Source: Thermoplasmata archaeon
GTDB taxonomy: Archaea; Thermoplasmatota; Thermoplasmata; Halarchaeoplasmatales; Halarchaeoplasmataceae
DNA length: 64,000 nucleotides
Direction: 5' to 3'
NCBI GenBank assembly: GCA_003554965.1
Contig: PWHR01000020.1
Span: forward strand, 70,202-134,201
This document shows, in pieces, positions 37,394 through 47,097 of the stretch. Below the pieces are notes generated by a model. That model searched no databases, was not told the DNA's origin, and saw nothing but the letters and a program-made list of their open reading frames with translations. Numbering within the stretch: position 1 is the first letter of the stretch; each line of letters starts with the position of its first letter. The position numbers and the translations under genes were made by a program.

Positions 37394-38122
37394 ATGGGTA
37401 AAAGGATAATACCTCAAAGAAGAGGAAAAGGCTCACCTACCTATAGATCGCCAAGCCATAGACATCTGGCTAGACCAGGTTATCCTAAGAGTCAGGAAAC
37501 TAAGGGAGAAGTTATAGATATACACCACGCTCCAGGCAGAACAGCCCCTTTAGCCGAAGTCGAGTTCGACAACGGAGAAACCACCTTCTTGATCGCTAAT
37601 CATGGGCTTTGGGTAGGAGAAGAGATCGAAGTCGGGCCCGAAGTGAAGGTTGAGAAGGGCAACGTTTTACCTCTTCGAAGGATACCTGTAGGTATGTTCA
37701 TTTATAATATTGAACTAGAACCGCTAGACGGTGGAAAATTGGTAAAAACTGCAGGAAACTACGCAACGATCATAGCCCAGGAGAGAGAAAAAACCGTAGT
37801 AGAACTACCATCCGACAAGATCAAAAAAATAGATAATCGCTGTAGAGCAACAGTGGGAATAATAGCGGGAGGAGGACATAAAGATCAACCTTTAGTAAAA
37901 GCGGGTAAAAACGTCAAAAGTTTGAGGAGCAGGGCCAAGAGCGCAAGAAAAGTCAGAGGTGTTGCGATGGACTCTGTCGATCATCCCCATGGTGGAGGCG
38001 ATCACCAGCATGTAGGTGTACCTTCGACAGTTTCAGCCAATGCTCCGCCCGGAAGAAAAGTTGGTCGTCTTTCCTCCAAAAAGAAGAAAAAAGGTAAGAA
38101 AAAGAAGAAAAAAGAAAGGTGA
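37394..38122 (+). CDS. rpl2: 50S ribosomal protein L2 (uL2) with unusual C-terminal poly-Lys tail
   Basis: [12 protein letters not shown]...HPHGGG...GRKVG, then [16 protein letters not shown] encoded by an A-rich tract. Confidence 0.9.
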   Translation: MGKRIIPQRRGKGSPTYRSPSHRHLARPGYPKSQETKGEVIDIHHAPGRTAPLAEVEFDNGETTFLIANHGLWVGEEIEVGPEVKVEKGNVLPLRRIPVGMFIYNIELEPLDGGKLVKTAGNYATIIAQEREKTVVELPSDKIKKIDNRCRATVGIIAGGGHKDQPLVKAGKNVKSLRSRAKSARKVRGVAMDSVDHPHGGGDHQHVGVPSTVSANAPPGRKVGRLSSKKKKKGKKKKKKER

Positions 38123-38129
38123 TAGATTT

Positions 38130-38534
38130 ATGGCAGATAATGTATCAAGAGATCAAAGAAAGTTCACATATCGTGGTTACGCCTTAAACGAGCTTAAGAA
38201 GATGTCCTTGAATGAACTCAAAGAAGTTCTACCTGCAAGGGCTAGGAGATCGCTGGACAGAGGTTTGAATAAAGGTGAGAAAAAACTGTTAGAAAAAATA
38301 GAGAACAAAGACAAAGACGTTTACAGGACTCATAGAAGAGAGATGATCATCCTTCCTCAGTTCGTCGGAAAAAGGATAGCCATACACAACGGTGAAGAGT
38401 TCAAAACTATCAAGATAGAACCTGAAATGATAGGGCATTATCTAGGAGAATTTGCTATGACAAGGAAAAACGTTGAGCATTCTGGGCCAGGTATAGGAGC
38501 GACACGTTCTTCGAAATACATACCCCTTAAATGA
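38130..38534 (+). CDS. rps19: 30S ribosomal protein S19 (uS19)
   Basis: An internal ATG of the track ORF 38016..38534 gives [17 protein letters not shown]...[14 protein letters not shown]...SGPG. The upstream part of that ORF overlaps rpl2 in another frame and is rejected. Confidence 0.85.
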   Translation: MADNVSRDQRKFTYRGYALNELKKMSLNELKEVLPARARRSLDRGLNKGEKKLLEKIENKDKDVYRTHRREMIILPQFVGKRIAIHNGEEFKTIKIEPEMIGHYLGEFAMTRKNVEHSGPGIGATRSSKYIPLK

Positions 38535-38545
38535 GGTGATGAAGC

Positions 38546-38992
38546 ATGGGATACTCTATGGATCCGGATCCAGAATTTACAGCCAAGGCGTATGGAAGTG
38601 AGTTCCAGATTTCCCCTAAAGAATCCGTCGAAGTCTGTGACATGTTAAGAGGTAAGGACGTGGATAAGGCGATAAATATACTCGACGAAGTTATAGCAGG
38701 GGAGCGAGCCGTACCCTACAAGAAGCACAACAAAAAAATAGCTCATCAAAAAGGGATCGGCTCGGGTGGATATCCTGAGAAAGTCTGTGAAAAGATCAGA
38801 TCACTTATCGAAGAGTGTAAAGCTAACGCTGAAAGTAAAGGATTGGATTCCGAAGCCATGAAGATCAAACATCTTTCAGCCTACAAAGCTAGTCCAATAG
38901 AAGGTTTCCAATCTAGGGCCTTTGGAAGAAGTTCACCGAAAAATACCCAGAGAACCAATATCGAGATAATATTAGAAGAAAAGGAGGAGTAA
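38546..38992 (+). CDS. rpl22: 50S ribosomal protein L22 (uL22)
   Basis: Family similarity and position. Confidence 0.9.
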   Translation: MGYSMDPDPEFTAKAYGSEFQISPKESVEVCDMLRGKDVDKAINILDEVIAGERAVPYKKHNKKIAHQKGIGSGGYPEKVCEKIRSLIEECKANAESKGLDSEAMKIKHLSAYKASPIEGFQSRAFGRSSPKNTQRTNIEIILEEKEE

Positions 38993-38994
38993 CA

Positions 38995-39753
38995 TTGGCG
39001 AGAGAAAGAAAATTTGTAAAAGAAAAGATGCAGCGTGTTCAACTCAAAGAATTCCTTCAAAGAGAAACTGAAAGAGCAGGTTTCGGAGGAGCAGATATCA
39101 AGAGGACTCCTATGGGAACTAGGATAACTCTTTACACCGAAAGACCTGCTTTGGTCATCGGAAGAAAGGGTAAAAGGATTAGTGAGCTCACCGAGCAGAT
39201 TAAGCAAAAATTCAATTTTGACAATCCTCAAATTGAAGTTCAGGAAGTAGAAAGACCTGAATTGAATGCGCAGATAATGGCCGAAAAACTAGCATCTTCT
39301 TTGGAAAAAGGATGGTATTTCAGGAGAGCCGGTCATTCCACGGTCAGAGATATCATAGATGCCGGAGCAAAAGGTTGCCAGATAATATTATCTGGAAAAT
39401 TGACAGGTCCAAGACATAGAGTAGAGAAATTCCAGGATGGGCATATAAAATATTGTGGTGAGGAAAAGAAGAAATGGATAGACGAGGGATTCGCCCAAGC
39501 AAAACTAAAGTTGGGAGTCATAGGAGTGACCGTGAAGATAATGGACCCTGATGCCGTGCTTCCTGATGAGATAGAGATAATCCCTCCAGAACCTGAGACG
39601 GAAGAAGAACAAGAAGAAGCCGATGAAGAAGAGGGGGAAAAGGATGAAGAAACGGATGAGGAAGAAAAAGATAAGCAAGATGAAAGCGAGCCAGAAAAGG
39701 AAGTAGAAGAGATGGATATAGAAGATACTGAAGAAGAGGAGGAGGATGGATAA
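38995..39753 (+). CDS. rps3: 30S ribosomal protein S3 (uS3) with ~60-aa poly-acidic C-terminal tail
   Basis: The KH domain (LVIGRKGKRISEL) and uS3 C-domain are followed by [54 protein letters not shown]. Confidence 0.9.
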   Translation: MARERKFVKEKMQRVQLKEFLQRETERAGFGGADIKRTPMGTRITLYTERPALVIGRKGKRISELTEQIKQKFNFDNPQIEVQEVERPELNAQIMAEKLASSLEKGWYFRRAGHSTVRDIIDAGAKGCQIILSGKLTGPRHRVEKFQDGHIKYCGEEKKKWIDEGFAQAKLKLGVIGVTVKIMDPDAVLPDEIEIIPPEPETEEEQEEADEEEGEKDEETDEEEKDKQDESEPEKEVEEMDIEDTEEEEEDG

Positions 39754-39973
39754 AATGGCTTTGCTCAAAACTGAAGAGATAAGAGAGATGGATGAGTCAG
39801 AAAGAGAAGAAAAGTTAGAGGAACTTAGAGATGAGTTGCTCCACGAGACAGGTGTCGCTGCGATGGGGGGAGCTCCAGAAAGTCCGGGAAGAATAAGTAC
39901 GATCAAAAGGAATATAGCTAGGATTCTCACGATAATGAATGAAGAAAAAAATAAACAAAAAGGAGGAAATTGA
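39746..39973 (+). CDS. rpl29: 50S ribosomal protein L29 (uL29)
   Basis: 75 aa; family similarity and position. Confidence 0.85.
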   Translation: MDKMALLKTEEIREMDESEREEKLEELRDELLHETGVAAMGGAPESPGRISTIKRNIARILTIMNEEKNKQKGGN

Positions 39974-40275
39974 TGGCGGAAGAAGTTTGTCCAACTTGCG
40001 GTTTGCCTAAAGAGATATGCATCTGCGAAGACATAGCACGAGAGCAACAGGAGATCGAGATATATACTGACCAAAGGCGATACGGTAAAACGGTGACTAT
40101 AGTCGATGGAATAGATGAGAGCGATATCGATCTCGAAGATCTAGCCTCGGAATTGAAAACGAAATGTGCTGCAGGAGGTACCACCAAAAAAGGTCGTATC
40201 GAACTTCAGGGCGACCATATAGAAAAAGTCCGGGACTTCCTAGAAGGCAAAGGATTCTCTGTGGAGGTCAGGTAA
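39970..40275 (+). CDS. Translation initiation factor aSUI1 (eIF1 homologue) with N-terminal zinc ribbon
   Basis: [13 protein letters not shown] followed by the SUI1 fold (KTVTIVDGI...[11 protein letters not shown]); canonical position after L29. Confidence 0.85.
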   Translation: MMAEEVCPTCGLPKEICICEDIAREQQEIEIYTDQRRYGKTVTIVDGIDESDIDLEDLASELKTKCAAGGTTKKGRIELQGDHIEKVRDFLEGKGFSVEVR

Positions 40276-40276
40276 C

Positions 40277-40540
40277 ATGCCAAAAAAAGACATGGTAAAA
40301 ACATTCGAATTCATAGGTTCTGAGATCGAAGTATCGGAATCAGAACACGAAGGTTATGAAGGACTGAAAGGTAAAGTGATCGATGAGACAAAAAATACTC
40401 TTATTATAGGAAACGATCGAAAAAAAATTGTTCCAAAAAAAGGGAGCATATTCGAGATCGAAATCAACGGCCGCCGTAAAAATCTGGACGGATCTAATAT
40501 TACGTACAGACCCGAAGATAGGATCAAGAAATTAGGTTGA
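40277..40540 (+). CDS. rnp1: RNase P protein component 1 (Rpp29/Pop4)
   Basis: 87 aa; Rpp29-like barrel sequence and conserved position between SUI1 and S17. Confidence 0.8.
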   Translation: MPKKDMVKTFEFIGSEIEVSESEHEGYEGLKGKVIDETKNTLIIGNDRKKIVPKKGSIFEIEINGRRKNLDGSNITYRPEDRIKKLG

Positions 40541-40547
40541 TGATATC

Positions 40548-40886
40548 ATGGTTGAAAACGAAGTTCGCGATATAGGTGTCGACGTTAAAGCTCCGGAAAA
40601 GAGCTGTGACGATGATAACTGCCCTTTCCACGGTAATCTTCCAGTAAGAGGAAGGATAATAAGGGGTGTAGTAGAATCGGTAGAGATGGATAAATCAGTG
40701 ACTGTAAGGAAAGATCATTTCCAATACATACCAAAATACGAGAGATACGAAAAAAGGAAGAGTCATTACCCGACCCACCATCCCCCATGTATAGATATCG
40801 ATGAAGGTGATGAGGTACAGATAATGGAATGCCGACCGATCAGCAAAAGCAAATCTTACGTCGTTATCTCTAGAGGTGAAGGATGA
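40548..40886 (+). CDS. rps17: 30S ribosomal protein S17 (uS17)
   Basis: Family similarity and position. Confidence 0.9.
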   Translation: MVENEVRDIGVDVKAPEKSCDDDNCPFHGNLPVRGRIIRGVVESVEMDKSVTVRKDHFQYIPKYERYEKRKSHYPTHHPPCIDIDEGDEVQIMECRPISKSKSYVVISRGEG

Positions 40887-41284
40887 TGAAAGGAATAGCT
40901 GGTAGACAAACAAACGGTCTTTCCGTTGGAAGCAAACTCAAATGTATAGATAATACTGGCGCCAAAGAGGTAAGGGTAGTTTCGGTGATAAATTATCATG
41001 GTGTCCACCGGAGATATCCTCAGGCCGGGATTGGAGATCAAATAGTCGCGTCGGTGGTCAAAGGAACTCCAGAGATGAAAAGAGAGTTGACTAGGGCGGT
41101 GATCGTTAGGCAAAAACGCCCCTTTAGAAGAGCCGATGGTGTCATGGTACAGTTCGAAGATAATGCGGTAGTTCTGACACAAGAGGACGGAGAGACTAAA
41201 GGGTCTGAGATCAAAGGCCCCGTGGCTAGAGAAGCCGCGGAGAGATGGCCAAGAGTCGGAGCAGCGGCATCGATGATAATGTGA
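40883..41284 (+). CDS. rpl14: 50S ribosomal protein L14 (uL14)
   Basis: GSKLKCIDNTGAKEV... is the uL14 signature. Confidence 0.95.
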   Translation: MMKGIAGRQTNGLSVGSKLKCIDNTGAKEVRVVSVINYHGVHRRYPQAGIGDQIVASVVKGTPEMKRELTRAVIVRQKRPFRRADGVMVQFEDNAVVLTQEDGETKGSEIKGPVAREAAERWPRVGAAASMIM

Positions 41285-41295
41285 GGTGTTCATAT

Positions 41296-41658
41296 ATGAG
41301 TGAAAAACCAGATAAGCAGAGAAAAAGACAAGAAAATGCGCCCCATCATAAGAAAAGGAAGATCATGTCTTCCCCTTTATCAGACAAACTCAGAGAGAAA
41401 TATGGAACTAGAAGTTTACCGCTCCGTGAAGGAGACGAAGTAGAGGTCATGAGAGGGGCTTTTAAAGGCCATGTTGACAGCGTTGCAGAAGTAGACAGAA
41501 GGAATGAAAAGGTTTACGTGGAAAAAGTGACCGTGGAAAAAGCCGATGAGTCCAAACAGCCATACGGAATACATCCATCGAATTTAAGGATAGTAGATCT
41601 GGATCTTTCAGATCCTTGGAGAAAAGAAAAAGTAGAAAATATTAGTGAGGAGAGATAA
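41296..41658 (+). CDS. rpl24: 50S ribosomal protein L24 (uL24)
   Basis: The internal ATG (MSEKPDKQRKRQ...) was chosen. The track ORF start at 41245 overlaps rpl14. The KOW motif GDEVEVMRGAFKG is present. Confidence 0.85.
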   Translation: MSEKPDKQRKRQENAPHHKKRKIMSSPLSDKLREKYGTRSLPLREGDEVEVMRGAFKGHVDSVAEVDRRNEKVYVEKVTVEKADESKQPYGIHPSNLRIVDLDLSDPWRKEKVENISEER

Positions 41659-41661
41659 ATC

Positions 41662-42378
41662 ATGAGTAAGCACAGCAAAAGATACGACACACCGACGGAA
41701 AAATGGGGAATACCGACTAAGGAGCATCACTGGGCACCAAGATCTAAATCTGGACCTCATCCCAAAGATAGAAGTGTACCTCTAGTGGTGGTCATCAGGG
41801 ACATATTAGAATACACTAACACTTCTCGAGAGGCAAAAAGGCTTCTCGCAGATAGAAAGGTGGAAGTCGATGGGAAGGTTGTTACGGACAGGAATCGACC
41901 TATCGGATTGATGGACGTCATCACCATACCGGAGTTAAAGGAAAATTACAGGGTTTTATTTGATCAGAAAGGTAAGATAAGGTTAAAATCGATCGATGAA
42001 GGCGTCTCAGGATGGAAACTTGTGAAGGTAGAAGATAAAACTACATTGAAGGATGGCATAACCCAGTACAATCTTCACGACGGCAGGAACTTGAAGTTCG
42101 AGAACGCTAACCAACATAGCACCCTTGATGTACTAAAATTAGAGATACCTGAGCAAAAAGTATTGGATACATATGAGTTCAAAGAAGGAATGATGGCTCT
42201 GATCATCGGAGGTAAGCATATAGGTGAGATAGACAGGATCAAAGAACATGAGGTCATAAAAGGGCCACAACCGAACTTCGTCCATTTTGAGTCAGGTATG
42301 ACCACTATCGAAGATTATGTTTTTGTGATAGGAAAAGATACACCGGCCATAGAAGTACCTGAGGTGGGTATAGTATGA
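41662..42378 (+). CDS. rps4e: 30S ribosomal protein S4e (eS4)
   Basis: MSKHSKRYDTP...HWAPRSKSGPHP N-terminus typical of eS4. Confidence 0.9.
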   Translation: MSKHSKRYDTPTEKWGIPTKEHHWAPRSKSGPHPKDRSVPLVVVIRDILEYTNTSREAKRLLADRKVEVDGKVVTDRNRPIGLMDVITIPELKENYRVLFDQKGKIRLKSIDEGVSGWKLVKVEDKTTLKDGITQYNLHDGRNLKFENANQHSTLDVLKLEIPEQKVLDTYEFKEGMMALIIGGKHIGEIDRIKEHEVIKGPQPNFVHFESGMTTIEDYVFVIGKDTPAIEVPEVGIV

Positions 42379-42911
42379 GTTCAGCTATAAGTGACAATTA
42401 CGAAAACTCGATGAGGATTCCAAGATTGGTCAAGTGTGTCGTCAATATAGGCGTAGGAGAAGGTGGAGAAAAACTGAGAAAAGCGTTTGATGTTTTGGAG
42501 ATGCTAACAGGCCAGATCCCCGCTGAAACTAAAGCCGAGACCACGAACGCGGAATTTGGCATAAGAGAGGGACAACCGATAGGTTGTAAAGTCACGCTTA
42601 GGGGCGAACGAGCTTATGATTTCCTTGAAAAAGCTTTTTGGGTCAAAGAAAACAGATTGCCTATAAATTGTTTCGACGATCATGGTAACATCAACTTTGG
42701 TATCGGTGATTACACGGATTTTGAAGAGGCAAGCTATGACCCCAATATAGGCGTATTCGGCATGGATATCTCAATAGTCTTAGGAAGAAAAGGCCTCCGT
42801 GTCAATAAGAGGAAAAATCAGAAAAAGACCATACCAGAAGAACACAAGATGACCAAGGAGGAAGCGATTGAGTTCATGGAGTGCGAATTCGATCTGGAGG
42901 TGTATGAATGA
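42375..42911 (+). CDS. rpl5: 50S ribosomal protein L5 (uL5)
   Basis: Family similarity and position. Confidence 0.9.
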   Translation: MSSAISDNYENSMRIPRLVKCVVNIGVGEGGEKLRKAFDVLEMLTGQIPAETKAETTNAEFGIREGQPIGCKVTLRGERAYDFLEKAFWVKENRLPINCFDDHGNINFGIGDYTDFEEASYDPNIGVFGMDISIVLGRKGLRVNKRKNQKKTIPEEHKMTKEEAIEFMECEFDLEVYE

Positions 42912-43075
42912 TGAGTGAAGAAGAAGGATTGAAGCCCGATAAAGATTTCGGAAGGAAAGAAGGATGTAGACGCTGCGGCAGGAAGAGGGGTATAATCCGA
43001 AGATATGGATTACATGTGTGCAGGCAGTGTTTTAGAGAGATCGCAGAAGATCTAGGATTTGAAAAATATTCATGA
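42908..43075 (+). CDS. rps14: 30S ribosomal protein S14 type Z (uS14, zinc-binding), 55 aa; not in ORF track
   Basis: Own translation gives [55 protein letters not shown]. The CxxC...CxxC zinc knuckle is present, with an ATGA overlap with the rpl5 stop. Confidence 0.85.
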   Translation: MMSEEEGLKPDKDFGRKEGCRRCGRKRGIIRRYGLHVCRQCFREIAEDLGFEKYS

Positions 43076-43085
43076 GGTGCTAAAA

Positions 43086-43475
43086 ATGAAACACGATCCA
43101 TTGAATGACGCATTATCGAAGATAAAAAACGCAGAAGACAGCGGTAAATTAGAATGTAAAGTAGAACCTGCATCTAAATTGATAGGCCGTGTACTCAGAG
43201 TTATGCAAGAGCAAGGTTACCTTGAAAGATTCGAATATGTTGAAGACGGAAGAGGAGGAGAATACAACGTGATTTTGAATGGGAACATTAACGAGTGCAG
43301 TGTGGTTAAACCTAGATGGTCCGTGACCAACGCTGATATAGAAGATTATGAGTCTAGATATCTTCCGGCTCAAGGTTTCGGATTGCTGGTCATAACCACC
43401 AACGAAGGAGTCATGGCTCATTCTAAAGCAAAACAAAAAGGGATCGGAGGTAAATTGTTAGCATACGTTTATTGA
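43086..43475 (+). CDS. rps8: 30S ribosomal protein S8 (uS8)
   Basis: The internal ATG (MKHDPLNDALSKIKNAE...) is preceded by SD gaggtg. The track start at 43059 lies inside rps14. Confidence 0.9.
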   Translation: MKHDPLNDALSKIKNAEDSGKLECKVEPASKLIGRVLRVMQEQGYLERFEYVEDGRGGEYNVILNGNINECSVVKPRWSVTNADIEDYESRYLPAQGFGLLVITTNEGVMAHSKAKQKGIGGKLLAYVY

Positions 43476-43484
43476 GGGATTACT

Positions 43485-44036
43485 ATGCCAGTTGCAGCAA
43501 AAATAGAAGAAAAGATCGAAATTCCAGACGACGTAAATGTCGAGAAAAGAATGGATGATTTAAAGGTCTCTGGTGAGAACGGAGAAGTAGAGAAAAAGTT
43601 CAACCATCCGAGGATAGATATTATAGTTGAAGATGATGAGATACAAGTTATCGTCGAGGAACCTAGTAAGAAAGAAAAGGCTTTAGCAGGGACTTACAGA
43701 TCCCATATAAAAAACATGATAAAGGGTGTTCGGGAAGATTTCGAGTATAAATTGAAGATTATTTATTCCCACTTTCCAATGGAAGTCACTTCTGAAGGTG
43801 AAGAGGTCGTGATCAAAAATTTCGTGGGTGAGAACAAACCTAGGAGAGCTAAGATCGTAGGCTCGACGGAGGTAAAAATCGAAGGTGATCAAGTGGTGGT
43901 CAAAGGACCTGATAAAGAAGCAGTCGCTCAGACCGCCTCCAACATCGAATCCGCGACCAAGATCTCTAAAGTAGACCCAAGAGTCTTCCAAGATGGGATA
44001 TATATAACTGAAAAAGCCGGTAAACCTTTAAGGTAA
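43485..44036 (+). CDS. rpl6: 50S ribosomal protein L6 (uL6)
   Basis: Family similarity and position. Confidence 0.9.
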   Translation: MPVAAKIEEKIEIPDDVNVEKRMDDLKVSGENGEVEKKFNHPRIDIIVEDDEIQVIVEEPSKKEKALAGTYRSHIKNMIKGVREDFEYKLKIIYSHFPMEVTSEGEEVVIKNFVGENKPRRAKIVGSTEVKIEGDQVVVKGPDKEAVAQTASNIESATKISKVDPRVFQDGIYITEKAGKPLR

Positions 44037-44048
44037 TAGAGAAAAGAG

Positions 44049-44483
44049 GTGATTAATATGGATGATGAAGAGGATTACGAAGTTAAGAAAAAACCTGACC
44101 TTGATAATGAGACAGAGGAACTCTTGAAAAAAAGAGAAAAAATAAAATCTCAGAGACCTGATTTCCCTAGACAAGAGTGGTTCAGACGTTCGAAGATCGA
44201 TAGAGATACTTGGAGAAAGCCGAGGGGGATCCATTCTCAGGCTAGACAGAACAAGAAGTACCGTCCAAATAATGTTAATATAGGATATCGTTCTCCAAAA
44301 GAAGTCAGAGGTTTACATCCATCGGGCTTTGAAGAGGTCCTTGTTCACAACTTGGACGACCTTGATGATCTAGATCCTGACAAACAGGCTGTAAGGGTCG
44401 CCCACAGCGTAGGCATGAGAAAGAGGATAAAGATAGAAGAAAAGGCAGAGGAGATGGATCTGAGGATCCTTAATCCATCATGA
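44049..44483 (+). CDS. rpl32e: 50S ribosomal protein L32e (eL32)
   Basis: Family similarity and position; acidic N-terminal extension. Confidence 0.85.
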   Translation: MINMDDEEDYEVKKKPDLDNETEELLKKREKIKSQRPDFPRQEWFRRSKIDRDTWRKPRGIHSQARQNKKYRPNNVNIGYRSPKEVRGLHPSGFEEVLVHNLDDLDDLDPDKQAVRVAHSVGMRKRIKIEEKAEEMDLRILNPS

Positions 44484-44484
44484 G

Positions 44485-44973
44485 GTGATATTCATGGATA
44501 TCAAATATCAAAAAAGGTTGGCTGCAGAAATCTTAGACTGCGGAAAAGAACGCGTTTGGGTAGACGATACGATGTTAGACGAAGTGATAGAAGCCATAAC
44601 TAGAGAAGAAGTGAGAGATTTAATAAACAGAGATATAATAAAAAAACTTCCTAAAGAAGGTAATTCAAGGGGTAGGATAAACTATAAGAAAAAACAGAAA
44701 TCTAAAGGGAGGAGAAAAGGATATGGAAAAAGGAAGGGGACCAAAGGAGCAAGAGAATCTTCAAAGGACAGATGGAAGAAAAGGATCCGCTCCATAAGGA
44801 GTGAATTGAAATACCTGAGAGATGAAGGTTACATCGACTCGTCCACTTACCGAGAGTTCTATAACAAGTCTAAAGGCGGTACTTTCGAGGACAGGGCAGA
44901 CATGCTTTTACATCTAAAGATGGAAGGTTACATCGATGAAGATTATGATCTAGAACAAAAAGGTGGTGATTGA
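44485..44973 (+). CDS. rpl19e: 50S ribosomal protein L19e (eL19)
   Basis: Family similarity and position. Confidence 0.85.
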   Translation: MIFMDIKYQKRLAAEILDCGKERVWVDDTMLDEVIEAITREEVRDLINRDIIKKLPKEGNSRGRINYKKKQKSKGRRKGYGKRKGTKGARESSKDRWKKRIRSIRSELKYLRDEGYIDSSTYREFYNKSKGGTFEDRADMLLHLKMEGYIDEDYDLEQKGGD

Positions 44974-45476
44974 ATATGGCTGAAGGACCACGTTATAAGA
45001 TGCCTCTCAAGAGAAGAAGGAAAGGAAAAACGGATTACCGAGAAAGACTGCGGCTCCTCAAATCTGGTAAAGTCAGAGCTGTAGTAAGATCATCCAATAA
45101 AAAGATCAGAGTACAGTTTATTCGGTACAATCCAGAAGGTGATGTAGTCGATGTTGTGGCTACGAGCGAACACCTAAAGGATATAGGATGGGAGGGATAT
45201 GGAATCAACATACCTTCTTGCTATCTTGTAGGTTATCTCGCTGGTATAAGAGCGATAGAAAAAGGTATCGATGAGGCTGTTCTTGACATAGGTCTGCAAT
45301 ATCCTGAAAATGGTGGAAGATTATTTTCTGCACTGAAAGGTATGGTGGACGCAGGTGTAAACATACCTCACGATCCAGATGTGCTTCCTCCTGATGAACG
45401 AATAACAGGGGAACATATCGACGAAGAAACAAAAGATAATTTTGAAGAAGTCAAAGATAAACTGGAGGAATCATAA
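44970..45476 (+). CDS. rpl18: 50S ribosomal protein L18 (uL18)
   Basis: Family similarity and position. Confidence 0.9.
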   Translation: MNMAEGPRYKMPLKRRRKGKTDYRERLRLLKSGKVRAVVRSSNKKIRVQFIRYNPEGDVVDVVATSEHLKDIGWEGYGINIPSCYLVGYLAGIRAIEKGIDEAVLDIGLQYPENGGRLFSALKGMVDAGVNIPHDPDVLPPDERITGEHIDEETKDNFEEVKDKLEES

Positions 45477-46153
45477 TGTACAGATGGGAACCAAAAACTA
45501 GGCTCGGGAGAAAAGTTAAAAGAGGCGAAATAGCGAGCATGGAAGCTGCTTTGAATACTCGCTTACCTATCAAAGAGCCCGAGATCATCGATGCACTGCT
45601 TCCAGAGCTGGACGATGAAGTCCTTGACGTTAATATGGTACAGAGGATGACTGATTCGGGTAGAAGGGTGAGATTCACTGTCACCTGTGTTGTAGGAAAC
45701 AGCAATGGGTATGTGGGAGTCGGTACAGCTAAGGGTAAAGAAGTTGGACCGACCATACGAAAATGCATGGATAATGCCAAATTGAACATCATAAGGATAA
45801 GGCGAGGATGCGGCTCATGGGAGTGCGGATGTGGTAATCCTCACACGATACCTTTCGAAGTGAAAGGAAGGGCTGGTTCAGTAAAGATACAGCTTAAACC
45901 CGCACCTAGTGGTATAGGACTCGCTGTAGGTGAGACAGCGAAATCTATCCTTGAACGAGCCGGCATAAAAGATATGTGGGGCTTTTCAAAAGGTAAAACA
46001 AGGACCACCGTCAATTACGCACTAGCCGTTTTCGATGCTCTTAAAGGAACTTCCAAGATGAGAGTAAGGGAAGACCAAGCTGAAGAATTAGGTATCATCT
46101 CCGGAATACATGAAGTTGAAGAAGAAGCTGAAATTTCAGAAAAGGAGGGCTGA
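45476..46153 (+). CDS. rps5: 30S ribosomal protein S5 (uS5)
   Basis: dsRBD plus the S5 C-domain; family similarity and position. Confidence 0.9.
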   Translation: MYRWEPKTRLGRKVKRGEIASMEAALNTRLPIKEPEIIDALLPELDDEVLDVNMVQRMTDSGRRVRFTVTCVVGNSNGYVGVGTAKGKEVGPTIRKCMDNAKLNIIRIRRGCGSWECGCGNPHTIPFEVKGRAGSVKIQLKPAPSGIGLAVGETAKSILERAGIKDMWGFSKGKTRTTVNYALAVFDALKGTSKMRVREDQAEELGIISGIHEVEEEAEISEKEG

Positions 46154-46155
46154 TC

Positions 46156-46650
46156 ATGGCTTTCGCAGTCATCAGATTGAGAAGTTCAAGGAAGAATAAT
46201 AAAAAGATAGATGATACCCTGAATATGCTACGGCTAAACAGGAACAACTACTGTACGGTCATACCTGAAAATACTACCTACAAAGGCATGTTGAACAAAG
46301 TAAAAGACCTGATAACATGGGGAGAACTTGATGAAGATGTCTTACTAGAGATGCTAAAAAATCGGTCAGATATGAGCATTGAAGAGATGGAAAAAGAAAT
46401 AAAGGACCAGACAGAATATGAGAATATCGAAGAATTCGCTGAAGCCGTATCGAAGGATCAAGTCACTATAGATGAAGTGGACGGATTACAGAACATATTT
46501 AGGATGCATCCACCCCAAGGCGGGTACAAAAGTATAAAAAGACCCTATAGGAACAGTGGTTCACTGGGCTATCGCGGGGAAGCAATCAACGACCTGCTGA
46601 TGAGGATGATTGGTCCTGACTACGACGGAGAGATCATTGAAGAAGGATGA
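46156..46650 (+). CDS. rpl30: 50S ribosomal protein L30 (uL30)
   Basis: Family similarity and position. Confidence 0.85.
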   Translation: MAFAVIRLRSSRKNNKKIDDTLNMLRLNRNNYCTVIPENTTYKGMLNKVKDLITWGELDEDVLLEMLKNRSDMSIEEMEKEIKDQTEYENIEEFAEAVSKDQVTIDEVDGLQNIFRMHPPQGGYKSIKRPYRNSGSLGYRGEAINDLLMRMIGPDYDGEIIEEG

Positions 46651-46657
46651 TGATATC

Positions 46658-47089
46658 ATGGGCAAAAAAAAGAAGAAAAAAAATAGAGGTTCTCGCAGTC
46701 ACGGACGAGGTGTCAAAAAAGGTAGAGGAGCTGGAGAAAGAGGGGGAAGAGGAAAAGCAGGCCTAGGAAAGCACAAATGGCCTTCTCTAGCTAAAGAAGA
46801 TCCCGATTATTTCGGTCCGAAAGGATTCAGTCGTCCTCAACAATTGGTAAAGGAAGAAGAGGTCATAAACATCTATCAGATCGAAGAAGCTCTTGATGAT
46901 TTCATAGAGATGGGGTTTGCCGAAAAAGATGGAGGCACCTATGAAGTCGATTTGGATAGAGCCGGATTCGATAAGCTGTTGAGTAAGGGCAACCCTACAA
47001 AAGAGTTAAAGATTAAAGTTTCTAATTCAAGTGAAAAGGCAAAAGAAAAGATCGAAGAAGCTGGAGGAGAATTGATCAGCGAAGAGTAG
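46658..47089 (+). CDS. rpl15: 50S ribosomal protein L15 (uL15)
   Basis: The internal ATG gives MGKKKKKKNRGSRSHGRG..., a typical uL15 Gly/Arg/Lys N-terminus. The track start at 46610 overlaps rpl30. Confidence 0.9.
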   Translation: MGKKKKKKNRGSRSHGRGVKKGRGAGERGGRGKAGLGKHKWPSLAKEDPDYFGPKGFSRPQQLVKEEEVINIYQIEEALDDFIEMGFAEKDGGTYEVDLDRAGFDKLLSKGNPTKELKIKVSNSSEKAKEKIEEAGGELISEE

Positions 47090-47097
47090 TGATCTTT

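Noticed and set aside
38016-38129. N-terminal extension of track ORF 38016..38534 (K/R-rich) overlapping rpl2
   Set aside because: Different frame across the L2 poly-Lys tract; genuine S19 begins at the internal ATG 38130 with conserved N-terminus.
39505-40074. 189-aa minus-strand ORF (FFLFFFRLRF...)
   Set aside because: Antisense to S3 acidic tail/L29/SUI1; translation is low-complexity F/L-rich mirror of GAA/GAG repeats.
41245-41295. N-terminal extension of L24 ORF (MAKSRSSGIDDNVRCSY)
   Set aside because: Overlaps the rpl14 3' end in another frame; the conserved uL24 starts at the internal ATG 41296.
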